From IMG/VR virus record IMGVR_UViG_3300025141_000016, positions 1 to 64,000 of that record: a stretch of 64,000 bases of DNA. One strand, given 5' to 3'. Positions within the stretch are counted from its first letter, which is position 1; each line of letters starts with the position of its first letter. Shown here piece by piece: positions 9,068 to 18,658 of the stretch. A program made the translations under genes and the position numbers. The notes under the pieces are model-generated. The model saw nothing but the letters and a program-made list of their open reading frames with translations. It made no database searches and had not been told where the DNA came from.

Positions 9068-9748
9068 ATGAGTGCAGATCCAACCCGCGTTGCTTCGGCC
9101 TTCGCCAAGAAAGCGGCCATGAGCCGTGTCGCGGGGGAGGTCCGTTTCATCAAGGACCGGTCTGGCGATAAGTCAGAGTGGGGTTGGGGTCCGACTGGAC
9201 CCAGCGAGCGCCACATCCAAGAAGATTTTGTGTTCAATGCACGGGAACTCAAACCGCTGGCCAAGACCCTACGATCCGCTTTGATGGCCCTCGGCCATGC
9301 CACGTCAGCCCACAACCGGCTGGTGAAGGTCAAGTCGCGCAACGTGAGCCCGGATGGGAGTCTCGGCGGCAAGGGCTACATCCAGACGATCCCAGACATG
9401 CGGCGGCAGTTGATGAACTGCGTAGAGGCTTTGTCGGCCTTCACCGATACCATCTATGACGAGATGAACGCTCCCCACTGGAACCCCAGCGAGGACACTC
9501 TCAATGCTCGTGACCGCGATGAGGTCAAGGAGATCATTGAAGATGCGGAGGAGATCAAAGAAGATCCCGAAGGCTGGGCCGAGGAACAGGAAGAGGACAT
9601 GGATGATGAGGATGAGGACGAGGACGACCTCGACCCATCAGGAACCAAGATGGCCCGCAGGACGAAGGTAGCGGCTTCCCGTCGTGTTTCCGAAGGCACA
9701 GTATCTTCTCACCGGGTTCTCGCCCGGTACACTGGGAGGCTCCCATGA
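9068..9748 (+). CDS. Head-associated protein with N- and C-terminal RVA-type motifs
   Basis: RBS AGGAGA. N-terminal DPTRVASAFAKKAA, acidic tail, C-terminal HRVLARY. Confidence 0.75.
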   Translation: MSADPTRVASAFAKKAAMSRVAGEVRFIKDRSGDKSEWGWGPTGPSERHIQEDFVFNARELKPLAKTLRSALMALGHATSAHNRLVKVKSRNVSPDGSLGGKGYIQTIPDMRRQLMNCVEALSAFTDTIYDEMNAPHWNPSEDTLNARDRDEVKEIIEDAEEIKEDPEGWAEEQEEDMDDEDEDEDDLDPSGTKMARRTKVAASRRVSEGTVSSHRVLARYTGRLP

Positions 9749-11553
9749 GCAGTAACAAGAATGATCTCGATTTTGCAGGGACACACCTCCCGTCTGACCT
9801 GTTGACCCCGAGCCTGGGTTCCAACTACGGAATGGATGGCTTTGAGGACATGCAGTACGGCTTGGGTGTTTTGGAAGGGGTACTTGACCCCGCTCTCCAT
9901 CGTGCCCCCGCACTCCCCGACGGGGTGACACAAACTGCCGCCGCCGAGATGAACCTCACCGCCATGATGGAAACTGAACTGGCCGACTTGAAGTGGCTTG
10001 ACCCCTCCCAGGAACAGGATGAGGAGAGGCTTCCCCAGACCCCCGAGATGATCCCAGAGTTGGTGAACGCCTGGGGAGTGGACCGTCGCACCGACGGCGT
10101 GTCTGTTGAGGCTCATCAAAAGGAACTTTCCCGAGCGAGGTACGAACAGTCCCTCGCTGATAAGGGGACACCCAAACGAGCCAACGAACGGACCATGACG
10201 CGGGTTGTGACCCATGCCATGCGACGTTCTGTCGAAGGCCAGCACATTGACCGTATCGTTCGTGAGGCGTGTGAGAGCATGGGAGCCGAGTTCTCCCGCA
10301 TCGTTCCCCACCTTCGCATGGTCAAGGCAGAGCATGGTCTTGTGGGCAACGTCTTCGTTCGTGCCGCTGCCTACCCTGGATGGAGTAACGGCAAGGGGAA
10401 GAAGCACGTCAAGAAACACGCTCCGTCAGCCAAGTACATCATCGTCACCGCTGGCGATCTGGAGCAGGCCACTTGGATTCAGGATGGTCGTTGCGCCTAC
10501 ACAGGCAAGAAAGCCGTGGTCGAGATCCCGTGGAAGGAAGCCTACGCCCACTACGCCCCGCGTCTTCGTGCGACGGGACGTAAGGTAGCGTCGGGTGACC
10601 CGAGGGCGGCTCTCCAAGCCTCCTTCCTGTCACTCCCCGAAACCAAGACCGCCGAGAGCCATAAGCCTCGCGAGATTCGTGCGGGAGAGGTGTCTTTTGG
10701 ACATGAGTTCCGCCAACAGTTCGATGTAGACCCCGAAGCGGTGGGCATCAATCATGTCGCCACCGTAGATGGATTCCTCTGGGATGGTGACCCCACGGGT
10801 TCTCGGGTGAAGGCAGCGGACGACCTGCGAACCGCACTTGAAGGGGTGGCTGCACTCCGTGAAAGCGGGACATACAGCGGTGATGTGCTTGGGATTGCTC
10901 CCATGACGCGCACCGAGGTCACTCTGTCTGATGAGAACGCCGCTATCGCGAAGGCTGCTTCCGAGGGTGGTGTGTCTGGCAACGAGATCAGGAACACACT
11001 CCGCGCTGCTCGTCGTGCCATGTCCGAGGGACTGGCCGGGAAGGATCTCACTTCCTACATCACGCATCGGTTCGCTTCCAGCGTCCTCTCTGCGTCCAAG
11101 GGTCTTCTGGCGGGGCTTCGCTCACGCCATGAGGGTGCTTCGGGATTCCTCTATGTGGATGCCCAAGCCTATGCCTCGGCATCGGGGGCCGGAGGATGTG
11201 AAAAGGCTGCGTCCAAGCACCGCGCCAATCAGATCCCTTCCGTTGCCGCGATGCCTCGCTGTGCTTCCTGCACTCTGGCCCGTCCGTTGGAGGACGGGAC
11301 TCGCAAGTGTGGGGTCTACAACAAGTTGCTCCTGACAGACACCACGGGCAACGAGATCGAGCAGATCAAGGCCAAGAACATCAAGCAGGCTGAAATGTCA
11401 GACGCGGAGACGGTGGCTTCCTATTTTGCTCCCTCGTATGATCCCGCCGAGTTTGGGCTCCACAACGCCAACCTCGACAACATCGAACAGGCTCCTCTTA
11501 CCGAGACGGAAAAGCTGGGTGAGATCCTGTTTGATGGGTGGACCATCTCGTAG
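9745..11553 (+). CDS. Hypothetical head-cluster protein with internal duplication and C-terminal Cys cluster
   Basis: ATGA overlap with the previous gene. Two related segments (EHGLVGNVFVRAAAY / HEGASGFLYVDAQAY) and RCASC...RKC. Confidence 0.75.
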   Translation: MSSNKNDLDFAGTHLPSDLLTPSLGSNYGMDGFEDMQYGLGVLEGVLDPALHRAPALPDGVTQTAAAEMNLTAMMETELADLKWLDPSQEQDEERLPQTPEMIPELVNAWGVDRRTDGVSVEAHQKELSRARYEQSLADKGTPKRANERTMTRVVTHAMRRSVEGQHIDRIVREACESMGAEFSRIVPHLRMVKAEHGLVGNVFVRAAAYPGWSNGKGKKHVKKHAPSAKYIIVTAGDLEQATWIQDGRCAYTGKKAVVEIPWKEAYAHYAPRLRATGRKVASGDPRAALQASFLSLPETKTAESHKPREIRAGEVSFGHEFRQQFDVDPEAVGINHVATVDGFLWDGDPTGSRVKAADDLRTALEGVAALRESGTYSGDVLGIAPMTRTEVTLSDENAAIAKAASEGGVSGNEIRNTLRAARRAMSEGLAGKDLTSYITHRFASSVLSASKGLLAGLRSRHEGASGFLYVDAQAYASASGAGGCEKAASKHRANQIPSVAAMPRCASCTLARPLEDGTRKCGVYNKLLLTDTTGNEIEQIKAKNIKQAEMSDAETVASYFAPSYDPAEFGLHNANLDNIEQAPLTETEKLGEILFDGWTIS

Positions 11554-11562
11554 GGGGTTCCC

Positions 11563-14280
11563 ATGCGGGGATCCCCGTCCCAAGTAGCGCGTCGATGGAT
11601 GCAGGCTCGTGTCGAGCCTCTGAACCCCGAGCAGGCCAAGAAGTTCCGTAAGGAAGTGCTCATGCTTGCGAAGGCGGCGGAACGTGCGTCTTCTTACGCT
11701 GATGTGGAGCAGATTGTCCCTGCGGTGGCGAAGTGGAGACAGGCGTTTGACTATTACAACGCCGCTATCCGCAAAGAGTTGGAGGCTCGTGTCCGAGAGG
11801 GTGAGAATCGGAACATCCCTGTCCCCGAGGGTGCGACCCGACCGGATGCAGGGTGGGCAAAATACTACATCGAAAATGCCAAGCCGGTCTGGGATCTCTC
11901 TTACGAGGTAGGTTCGTTGCCGAGCGTCCCCAAAGTCACGAATCGACACGGTGGCGCTTTTGAGGAGCCCGAGGTGGCTCGTGCTCGGATGGTTGAGTTC
12001 TGGCTGGGCCGGGGGGATTCTCAACAGGAGGCAGAGCGGAAAGTAGAGGATTACCTGTTGGGGTCGCCCTCGTGGACCCGAGAGGAAGCCGAACAGAAAG
12101 CGGTGGATCGGTGGAAGGGGGAATCCCGTAAGTGGGCCAACCGTGTGCGTCGGAAGGCCAGGAAGACTTGGGCTTTCTACGCGGATCTGGCCGCATGGGC
12201 ACAACGGTCTATGGGAGGGGCGCGGGAGATAGCGATTGCGGTCCCCGACGAGGAAGTCGTCTCCCTGGAAGGGTTCCGTGTCATCTTCCGGGGCTTTGCG
12301 GAGTCCCCCTACCAAGACAAACTCCCCGCTGTGAAGCACGGGTTGAAGATGTACCGGCAGTTGGCCCAGAAGCGAGCCCCCATCCTGCTGAAACGGCAGA
12401 CACCGATCTTCATCGAGTGGACGTTTGAGCCGACCACCTCATCCAGTGCGGGAGCCTACTACCTGGGGAGTAAGATATTCGTGACCCCATGGAAGATCGG
12501 CAAGGACATTGGTGACTTCGTGAAGACGATGGCTCACGAGATGGGCCACCACATTTTCAGGACTTACCTGTCGGGGGCTGCAAAAAAGGCGTGGACTGCG
12601 TTCATTCGGGGTGACTACAAGGAACTCGACCTCCGCGAAGCACTTGCCATCATGCAACGGGTGGGGGCAAGAACCATCGTTGGTGATGAGTTGGCCGAGG
12701 AAGACCCCATCCTCTACCTCCAGATGAACACCCTGATGCACGACTCCAGATTCAAGTACATGGACCTTTTCAGTGTTGAGGACATTCAAGAATACCTCAA
12801 TGCAGGGAAAGACCCTATGGTCGCCGTTCCCATCAATCCCATCACAGGGTACGCGGGGAAAAACCCCGAGGAGGCGTTCTGTGAGGCTTTGGGCCTGTTA
12901 GTGGCCTATGGGAAAAAGGCGGTCCTGGGTCCGGTTCGGATGATGCTCCGGGGTGTTCTGCCGGAAGTCCGCATAGCGTCCGAGAAGACCATGACCGAGC
13001 GGGTAGCCCAGCGTAAGCACGCTGAAATGACGGGTGAGGCTTCCGTCGCCTTGATGAAATGGCTCTCCAAGGTCACCCAACGGATAGGGGTGGCGCGACA
13101 CGTCTACGTCGTCGGGGGAGCCGTCAGGAACTTTCTGATCGACAAGCCCATCAAGGACATTGACATGGTGGTGGACTCCCTCTCCTTACGAGGGAACCGG
13201 GACGCTGCTTGGGTGGCAAAGGAGATTGCCCGCGCCATCCCTACCAGCACGGACATTGTGACTGACGCTCTGATGGTGTCCAAGGTGTTCATCCAGGGGG
13301 AGTGGGACTTGGATGGCCACCAGATGAAGGATGAGGTCATCGAGATCGTCAACGCCCGAGCCGAGATTTACGAGCAGGACGAGGAGGGCAACTACCTGGG
13401 ACACAAGCCCGTCCGAGTTGACCCCACGACCTTGGAAATCGACGCAACTCGACGGGAGTTCACTTTCAACACCCTCATGTGGTCGTTGCTCTCGTTGGCC
13501 GATGGCCCGGAAAAGGCTGAAATCATTGACCTTACAGGGTGTGGAGTGCGGGATTTGGAGGCTCGCGAGATGCGTTGCCCCCAGGATCCCGACAAGACCT
13601 TCACGGAAGACCCCACACGGATCATCCGCACCATCAAGTTTGCGTTCAAGTACGGCTTCAAGCTGCCCCCGGACGTGAAGGCAGCGGCTACCCGGCAGGC
13701 TCGGGGACTGAAGCGAATCCCCTCAAAGGCGTGGGGAGCCCTTCGCGACATTGTGCTGGAGAACCCCCAGTACAAAAAGGCTCTGGGAGTCATGGATGAC
13801 CTCGGGGTCATTGACGTGCTCGCTGACATGGTGCGCGACGACCAGCAGTTCGCCACCACCCTGCTCAACTACTCCCAGAAGCGGGGAGTGGCGTTCATGT
13901 TTGACCTCATGGACCTTGGGATTCCTGTGGGTGCGCCCATGGGATTCATGGACTCTGCCCAACAACGCCAGTTCCGAGCGTTGTCTGTGGACATGGACCG
14001 AGATGAGGCCCTCCACTACCTTGAAGCCATCAAGAACCCAGGGGTGGCGTACAAAGATAAGAAGTTCGTGCCTTCCCTGGCCAGGGAGTACGGGGTGGAC
14101 CCGAAGAAGATGCGGGATTTCATGCCCGTGGTCACCCAGATTGGCAGGGATCTTCTTCTCGATGACCCCGAACTTCTGCACGATGCCCCTCGGCTGAAGC
14201 GAATGGTGAGGCGAGATTTGGGGTCCGCAAACGTGAGGGTGGCCTCGGAGTGGTTGCCGACTACTCGGGGAGGGTTTTGA
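11563..14280 (+). CDS. Multi-module protein: unknown domain + zincin (HExxH) + class II tRNA nucleotidyltransferase (CCA/PAP family)
   Basis: Zincin AHEMGHH...PEEAFCEAL. Nucleotidyltransferase motifs VYVVGGAVRN..DIDMVV, RAEIY..KP loop, DATRREFTFN and FTEDPTRIIRTIKF. Confidence 0.85.
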   Translation: MRGSPSQVARRWMQARVEPLNPEQAKKFRKEVLMLAKAAERASSYADVEQIVPAVAKWRQAFDYYNAAIRKELEARVREGENRNIPVPEGATRPDAGWAKYYIENAKPVWDLSYEVGSLPSVPKVTNRHGGAFEEPEVARARMVEFWLGRGDSQQEAERKVEDYLLGSPSWTREEAEQKAVDRWKGESRKWANRVRRKARKTWAFYADLAAWAQRSMGGAREIAIAVPDEEVVSLEGFRVIFRGFAESPYQDKLPAVKHGLKMYRQLAQKRAPILLKRQTPIFIEWTFEPTTSSSAGAYYLGSKIFVTPWKIGKDIGDFVKTMAHEMGHHIFRTYLSGAAKKAWTAFIRGDYKELDLREALAIMQRVGARTIVGDELAEEDPILYLQMNTLMHDSRFKYMDLFSVEDIQEYLNAGKDPMVAVPINPITGYAGKNPEEAFCEALGLLVAYGKKAVLGPVRMMLRGVLPEVRIASEKTMTERVAQRKHAEMTGEASVALMKWLSKVTQRIGVARHVYVVGGAVRNFLIDKPIKDIDMVVDSLSLRGNRDAAWVAKEIARAIPTSTDIVTDALMVSKVFIQGEWDLDGHQMKDEVIEIVNARAEIYEQDEEGNYLGHKPVRVDPTTLEIDATRREFTFNTLMWSLLSLADGPEKAEIIDLTGCGVRDLEAREMRCPQDPDKTFTEDPTRIIRTIKFAFKYGFKLPPDVKAAATRQARGLKRIPSKAWGALRDIVLENPQYKKALGVMDDLGVIDVLADMVRDDQQFATTLLNYSQKRGVAFMFDLMDLGIPVGAPMGFMDSAQQRQFRALSVDMDRDEALHYLEAIKNPGVAYKDKKFVPSLAREYGVDPKKMRDFMPVVTQIGRDLLLDDPELLHDAPRLKRMVRRDLGSANVRVASEWLPTTRGGF

Positions 14281-14780
14281 TGCTGACCCCATCCGCCGTG
14301 CGGGTAGCTGCGAGGGCAGCCTCCTATGAACGAGTGTTTTACAGCCCGACCCCGTTCACGCGATTCCGGGCCGTTTCCCAGAAAGCCCCCACCCTTATGG
14401 GGAAGCCCCAGGGGCTTTGGTACTCGTGTGGTAGTTCGTGGGAGGACTTCACTCGGAATGAGATGGGGGGTTCCCGATTGGGTGCCTACGCCTACCGGAT
14501 CGAGATCAACCCCTCTGTGATGCTCATCATCAAGGACAAGGCTTCCTTCCTGTGGTTTGAGGAGAAATACGGGGTTCCCGCCAAGTTCGGGGGGGAGGCT
14601 ATTGATTGGGGGAGGGTGGCTCAACACTACCCCGGCATCGAAATCTGTCCGTACCGGTCGAAGCAACGAATGGACCACGATTGGTACTATCCATGGGATG
14701 TGGCAAGTGGTTGCATCTGGTCTGGGGTCGCGATCAAGTCGGTGGAAGAAATGTCTTCCCTTGAACGTGGGTCGCGGTAG
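14280..14780 (+). CDS. Uncharacterised protein (KPxGLWYS...WDVASGCIW type, possibly ART-like fold)
   Basis: TGATG coupling to the previous gene. N-terminal SAVRVAARAAS leader, then a compact aromatic-rich domain. Fold assignment is tentative. Confidence 0.6.
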   Translation: MLTPSAVRVAARAASYERVFYSPTPFTRFRAVSQKAPTLMGKPQGLWYSCGSSWEDFTRNEMGGSRLGAYAYRIEINPSVMLIIKDKASFLWFEEKYGVPAKFGGEAIDWGRVAQHYPGIEICPYRSKQRMDHDWYYPWDVASGCIWSGVAIKSVEEMSSLERGSR

Positions 14781-14789
14781 CGAGACTAT
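14775..14789 (+). promoter_or_regulatory. Late-type motif
   Basis: CGGTAG CGAGA CTAT; the TAG is the upstream stop codon. Confidence 0.7.
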
Positions 14790-14815
14790 CAAACCCTCCG
14801 GGTGAGGAGTGTTTC

Positions 14816-17800
14816 ATGCGCCCGAAGGTGGCCAAATCCTACAACCGCATAGCGATGTACGACTTCGACGGAACCTTGTTCCGAAGTTGGGAGGCTACAC
14901 CTGAATGGTGGGCCGGGTCATCCCTCGATACTGGTCCCTACTCGTTTTTCGTGCGCCACGAGTCTCTGGGTGAGCCCTGTGTTCCTGATTCCCCGGAATC
15001 CGATTACTGGATCACCAAGACGGTGGCAGCAGCCAAGAAGGACTCCTCCGACCGAAATGTCTTTGTGGTCGTAGTGACTGGGAGGGTTCGGACACACAAA
15101 CGGCGAGTATTGGAACTTCTCAAAAGCAAAGGGATCAATCCCGAGGCTTCCTACTTCAATCCAGGCATGTCGGCTGCCAAGTTCAAGGTGGCGGTCCTCC
15201 GCAACTTGTTGGCGGGCCACCGAATGGTCAGTGCGGTGGATGTGTGGGAGAACGAGAATCAGACGTACTACGAGAACGCCCTACGCCAAGCGGCAAAGAA
15301 ACTGGACCGTGAGATCACGGTGACGATCCACAGCATCCATGTGCCGCCCAAGCCTCTCGTGTGTGGTCCCCGCGATTTTGGGTTGTCGAAAGATGCCTCC
15401 GTCGGTCGGGTGGTGGCCAAGTATCAGGGGAAGAAAGAAGTCCCCACGGCTGATGGGAAGGGTACGTCTACGGTCTACGAGTACGGCCCCCGTCAAGTGG
15501 CCAAACGCCACAAGGAAAAGGCCAAGCGGATCGAATCCCTCCGGCAGAAGATGGCGGAACTGCGGCAACAGGCTCGGGGTGACCTCACGAGCAAAGACCC
15601 TCAAACGCGCCTCACGGCGTTGGCAGTCTGTCTCATGGATGAGACTTACGAGCGCGTGGGCAACGAGAAGTCTGCCGAGGAAGGTCACCATGGGGTCACC
15701 AACTGGACGGCAGGTCATGTCTCTCTCGGGGACAAGAGTGCCACCGTCAAGTACACCGGGAAGTCTGGGGTCAAGCAAGAGAAGACGGTCACCAACGCTC
15801 GGGTGTTGAAGGCCCTGCGGGAAGCCATGAAAGGCAAGGGTAAGGGCGACAAGATCCTGTGCGATGGGGATGAGTGCGACATTCTCGCCAAGGATGTGAA
15901 CGCCTACCTCAAACCATTCGGGGTCACCGCGAAGGACATTCGGGGGCTCCATGCCAACGAGGAGATGCGTCGTCGTCTTCAAGAGGTACGAAAGGGTGGT
16001 CCCGATCTCCCGGTCGCCCGGAAAGAAAAGGACAAGATCCTGAAGGCCGAGTTCCAGCAAGCCTTGAACGATGCTGCCAAAGCTGTTGGCCACGAAGCCA
16101 GCACCCTACGGAGGCAGTACCTTGTACCGACCATGGAGGAGACATTTATCCACGACGGCACCGTGATTGACCAGTTGGCCAAGAAAGCTGGGGGCAGCCG
16201 CATCCTCTACTACATCGGTAAGAACAAGGCACAGCCCAAGCCCAAGCGGGTCAACCACTGGAAGGACCGGGGGCAGCCCGAACCGGCTTGGGTGCGTCCG
16301 TGGCTCGATGCTCCGGTTCAAAATGCCGTGTTTCTCACCACCAATCCCTTCGGTGTGGCAACGAACCACGGGGTGGTGGGGCATGTCTATGCCTATGACG
16401 TTCCCCAGTGGGTGCTCAAAGAGGCCAAAGGGCTCCACCGCTATGATTGGGCTACCGAGGTCATCATCCCCGATGTGCTGTGGAAGCACGTCAAGTTTCG
16501 GGGCAAGTCGATGGACCGGCAGGAGTTCGACCAGATGATCAGGGAGGGCCAGAACGAGCGGTCCTTTGCCCAGTGGAATCGGAACATGGGATTGCGAGAG
16601 AAGCGCAAGCCAGAGTTGGTAGGACAGCCTGTTTGGGTCACCGCCACCAAGTCGGATGCGGAGAAAGAGGAGGAAGAAGACCAGAGGTTGATCCGGCAGA
16701 GCCCCAAGAAGAAGCCCCCTCGTCGGGATCTGGAACGGGGTCGTGTTGAGGACACACACGAGACGGATGCCGATGAGGACCAAGACCGGAAGGACCGCTC
16801 CCGCAACTTCAAGGACGCGGCTGCTTGGGTCGCCCTCCGGTATGCCGCTGGGGCTGCCGCAGCCGAGGCCGATGACGAAGGTAGTTCAGGCGGTGGGGTC
16901 AGCGGTAAGTTCCTCATGTTCTTGGAGGAAAAGGGTGGCGATCAGGTCACCAACCCGGACACCGGGAACAAGGTCAAACTCAAAAGTCTCAAAGGCCCGA
17001 AGGGGAAGGAGTTACAGAAGCGGGAGTTCCAGAAGTGGCTGGACTCCGAGAGCGACGGAGATGCCGGTGCCGAGCCCTCGGGACCGAAGCCGAAACCGAA
17101 GCCGAAACCGAAGCCGACAGGCCCCTCTGCCGATGCGAAACATGCAGAGTCCCTGGATAAAGTAGTGGGTGCCCAACAGAAGCGTGAAGATTTGGTCGCG
17201 GAGGGAGAGCCCTTTGATGTGGAGGCCATCAAGGCAACCATACGTGAGGAGTTCTCCGCGATCCCTGGGGTAGATCCCACCACGATCAAAAACACCCTGG
17301 GGTCTATGACGTTGGTCCCCCCCAAGGGATCCCACGACACTCCCGAGATGCTACTGGAGGCAGCGGTGGCGAGCCTCACCAAAGCCAACGGTGGGGCGGT
17401 CAAGGCTTTCGGCAAGAAGACCAAGATTGTCGAGAAGAAAGCATTGGAACAGGTCACGGAACTTGCGGGGGAAGCCGCCAAGGGGTTGAGCAAGTCCCTG
17501 ATGCCACATGACTTGCTCGCCGTCGCGGCTCACATGGAAGCGGCTAAAGACGAAGCGGTGGCAGAGATTCTGGATGGACGTGCCCGTAAGGATGCTCGGT
17601 CCAAGGCGCAGTTCGCGGATCGGGTGCTGGAAAGGATCGATGGTGACAACCCGCCCTCTCCCGAGGAGATCGCGGAAGCCCTGGTGGCGAAGCGGGCAGT
17701 CGGGGTGCTTGATGATCCCACGATGCTTTACCCCCACAAGCCCCTGACGAGTTTGAGCACCGAACCGTTGTCGTTCGATAACCCTGGGGCCGAGGCGGCC

Positions 17801-18583
17801 TACCGGGAGAAAATGACCGAGGTGGCTGTTGATGCCATGGACGCTTACCGAACCTTCACCCCGGAGGACCGTGAGACGCATCGCAAGGGGCTGGAAAAGC
17901 ACATCAAGAAAATGACGGAGGGAGGGGACACCGAGTCGGAACAGTACGCCCAAGCCATCTCCCAGATGCGGGGCATGGCGCTTGCGTCAGCCTTGGAAGA
18001 CGGGGACAAGGCCAAGGGGGTCAATCCCACGTTCCAAGCGTTGCTGGTAGGGGCTGACAATGCGGGACGAGTGGAGGAGTTTGCCAGGGTCAACCTTTCC
18101 GGTGCTGCGGAAGGGGATAGTAGTGCCCAGCAAGTATTCCGTGACGTGATGGAAGATACCTCCCATGAAGACATGGCGAAGATGCTTCCAGACGATCATC
18201 CGGCCCAATCTGCCTTGAAGTTGTTGACCGGCTGCCCGTCTGGCGCAGACCCCAACAGTCAGGGGTGCCGGGAACTGGCGAACCTCCCCCAAGATTCCAT
18301 CGACATGCTGAACACGATGGTCAACGATGCGGTGATGGGAGAGGTGCTGTTCACGGATCAAGCCCTGGTATCGGCAGACCCTAACGCCTCGGTCGGGTCC
18401 ATCAAGCAGAAGAAGAAGCAGACCAAGCAGACGGGCAAGGGGAAGTCTTTTGCGGACATGATGGCGGCTTTTCTTGCAAGCCTCAAAGCAGGTAAGAGTG
18501 CCGCGCAGTTGCCCACGGGGATATACGACTTTGATCCTTGGAGGGCATCTATTTCCGGGCAAAGGGATGAGTTCAGCCGGTAG
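14816..18583 (+). CDS. Multi-module protein: HAD phosphatase (RNA-repair SAK type) + DNA topoisomerase IB + ART-like module + acidic helical region
   Basis: HAD: MYDFDGTLFRS...VVVTGR. TopoIB: YERVGN, GKSG, DVNAYL..TAKDIR, VGH, RRQYL. ART-like: YYIG...AVFLT...EVIIP. Confidence 0.85.
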   Translation: MRPKVAKSYNRIAMYDFDGTLFRSWEATPEWWAGSSLDTGPYSFFVRHESLGEPCVPDSPESDYWITKTVAAAKKDSSDRNVFVVVVTGRVRTHKRRVLELLKSKGINPEASYFNPGMSAAKFKVAVLRNLLAGHRMVSAVDVWENENQTYYENALRQAAKKLDREITVTIHSIHVPPKPLVCGPRDFGLSKDASVGRVVAKYQGKKEVPTADGKGTSTVYEYGPRQVAKRHKEKAKRIESLRQKMAELRQQARGDLTSKDPQTRLTALAVCLMDETYERVGNEKSAEEGHHGVTNWTAGHVSLGDKSATVKYTGKSGVKQEKTVTNARVLKALREAMKGKGKGDKILCDGDECDILAKDVNAYLKPFGVTAKDIRGLHANEEMRRRLQEVRKGGPDLPVARKEKDKILKAEFQQALNDAAKAVGHEASTLRRQYLVPTMEETFIHDGTVIDQLAKKAGGSRILYYIGKNKAQPKPKRVNHWKDRGQPEPAWVRPWLDAPVQNAVFLTTNPFGVATNHGVVGHVYAYDVPQWVLKEAKGLHRYDWATEVIIPDVLWKHVKFRGKSMDRQEFDQMIREGQNERSFAQWNRNMGLREKRKPELVGQPVWVTATKSDAEKEEEEDQRLIRQSPKKKPPRRDLERGRVEDTHETDADEDQDRKDRSRNFKDAAAWVALRYAAGAAAAEADDEGSSGGGVSGKFLMFLEEKGGDQVTNPDTGNKVKLKSLKGPKGKELQKREFQKWLDSESDGDAGAEPSGPKPKPKPKPKPTGPSADAKHAESLDKVVGAQQKREDLVAEGEPFDVEAIKATIREEFSAIPGVDPTTIKNTLGSMTLVPPKGSHDTPEMLLEAAVASLTKANGGAVKAFGKKTKIVEKKALEQVTELAGEAAKGLSKSLMPHDLLAVAAHMEAAKDEAVAEILDGRARKDARSKAQFADRVLERIDGDNPPSPEEIAEALVAKRAVGVLDDPTMLYPHKPLTSLSTEPLSFDNPGAEAAYREKMTEVAVDAMDAYRTFTPEDRETHRKGLEKHIKKMTEGGDTESEQYAQAISQMRGMALASALEDGDKAKGVNPTFQALLVGADNAGRVEEFARVNLSGAAEGDSSAQQVFRDVMEDTSHEDMAKMLPDDHPAQSALKLLTGCPSGADPNSQGCRELANLPQDSIDMLNTMVNDAVMGEVLFTDQALVSADPNASVGSIKQKKKQTKQTGKGKSFADMMAAFLASLKAGKSAAQLPTGIYDFDPWRASISGQRDEFSR

Positions 18584-18592
18584 CCCGTCTAT
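18578..18592 (+). promoter_or_regulatory. Late-type motif
   Basis: CGGTAG CCCGT CTAT; the TAG is the upstream stop codon. Confidence 0.7.
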
Positions 18593-18658
18593 ATGGCATG
18601 TCTATGGGTAAGACTTGTCATACTCCCTTTTGGGATTCCTACGTCGGAGAAAAACAAC

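Noticed and set aside
14816-18583. Eukaryotic giant-virus origin suggested by TopoIB
   Set aside because: Shine-Dalgarno sites, coupled operons and the TerL/portal/protease/HK97-type MCP set indicate a tailed bacteriophage.
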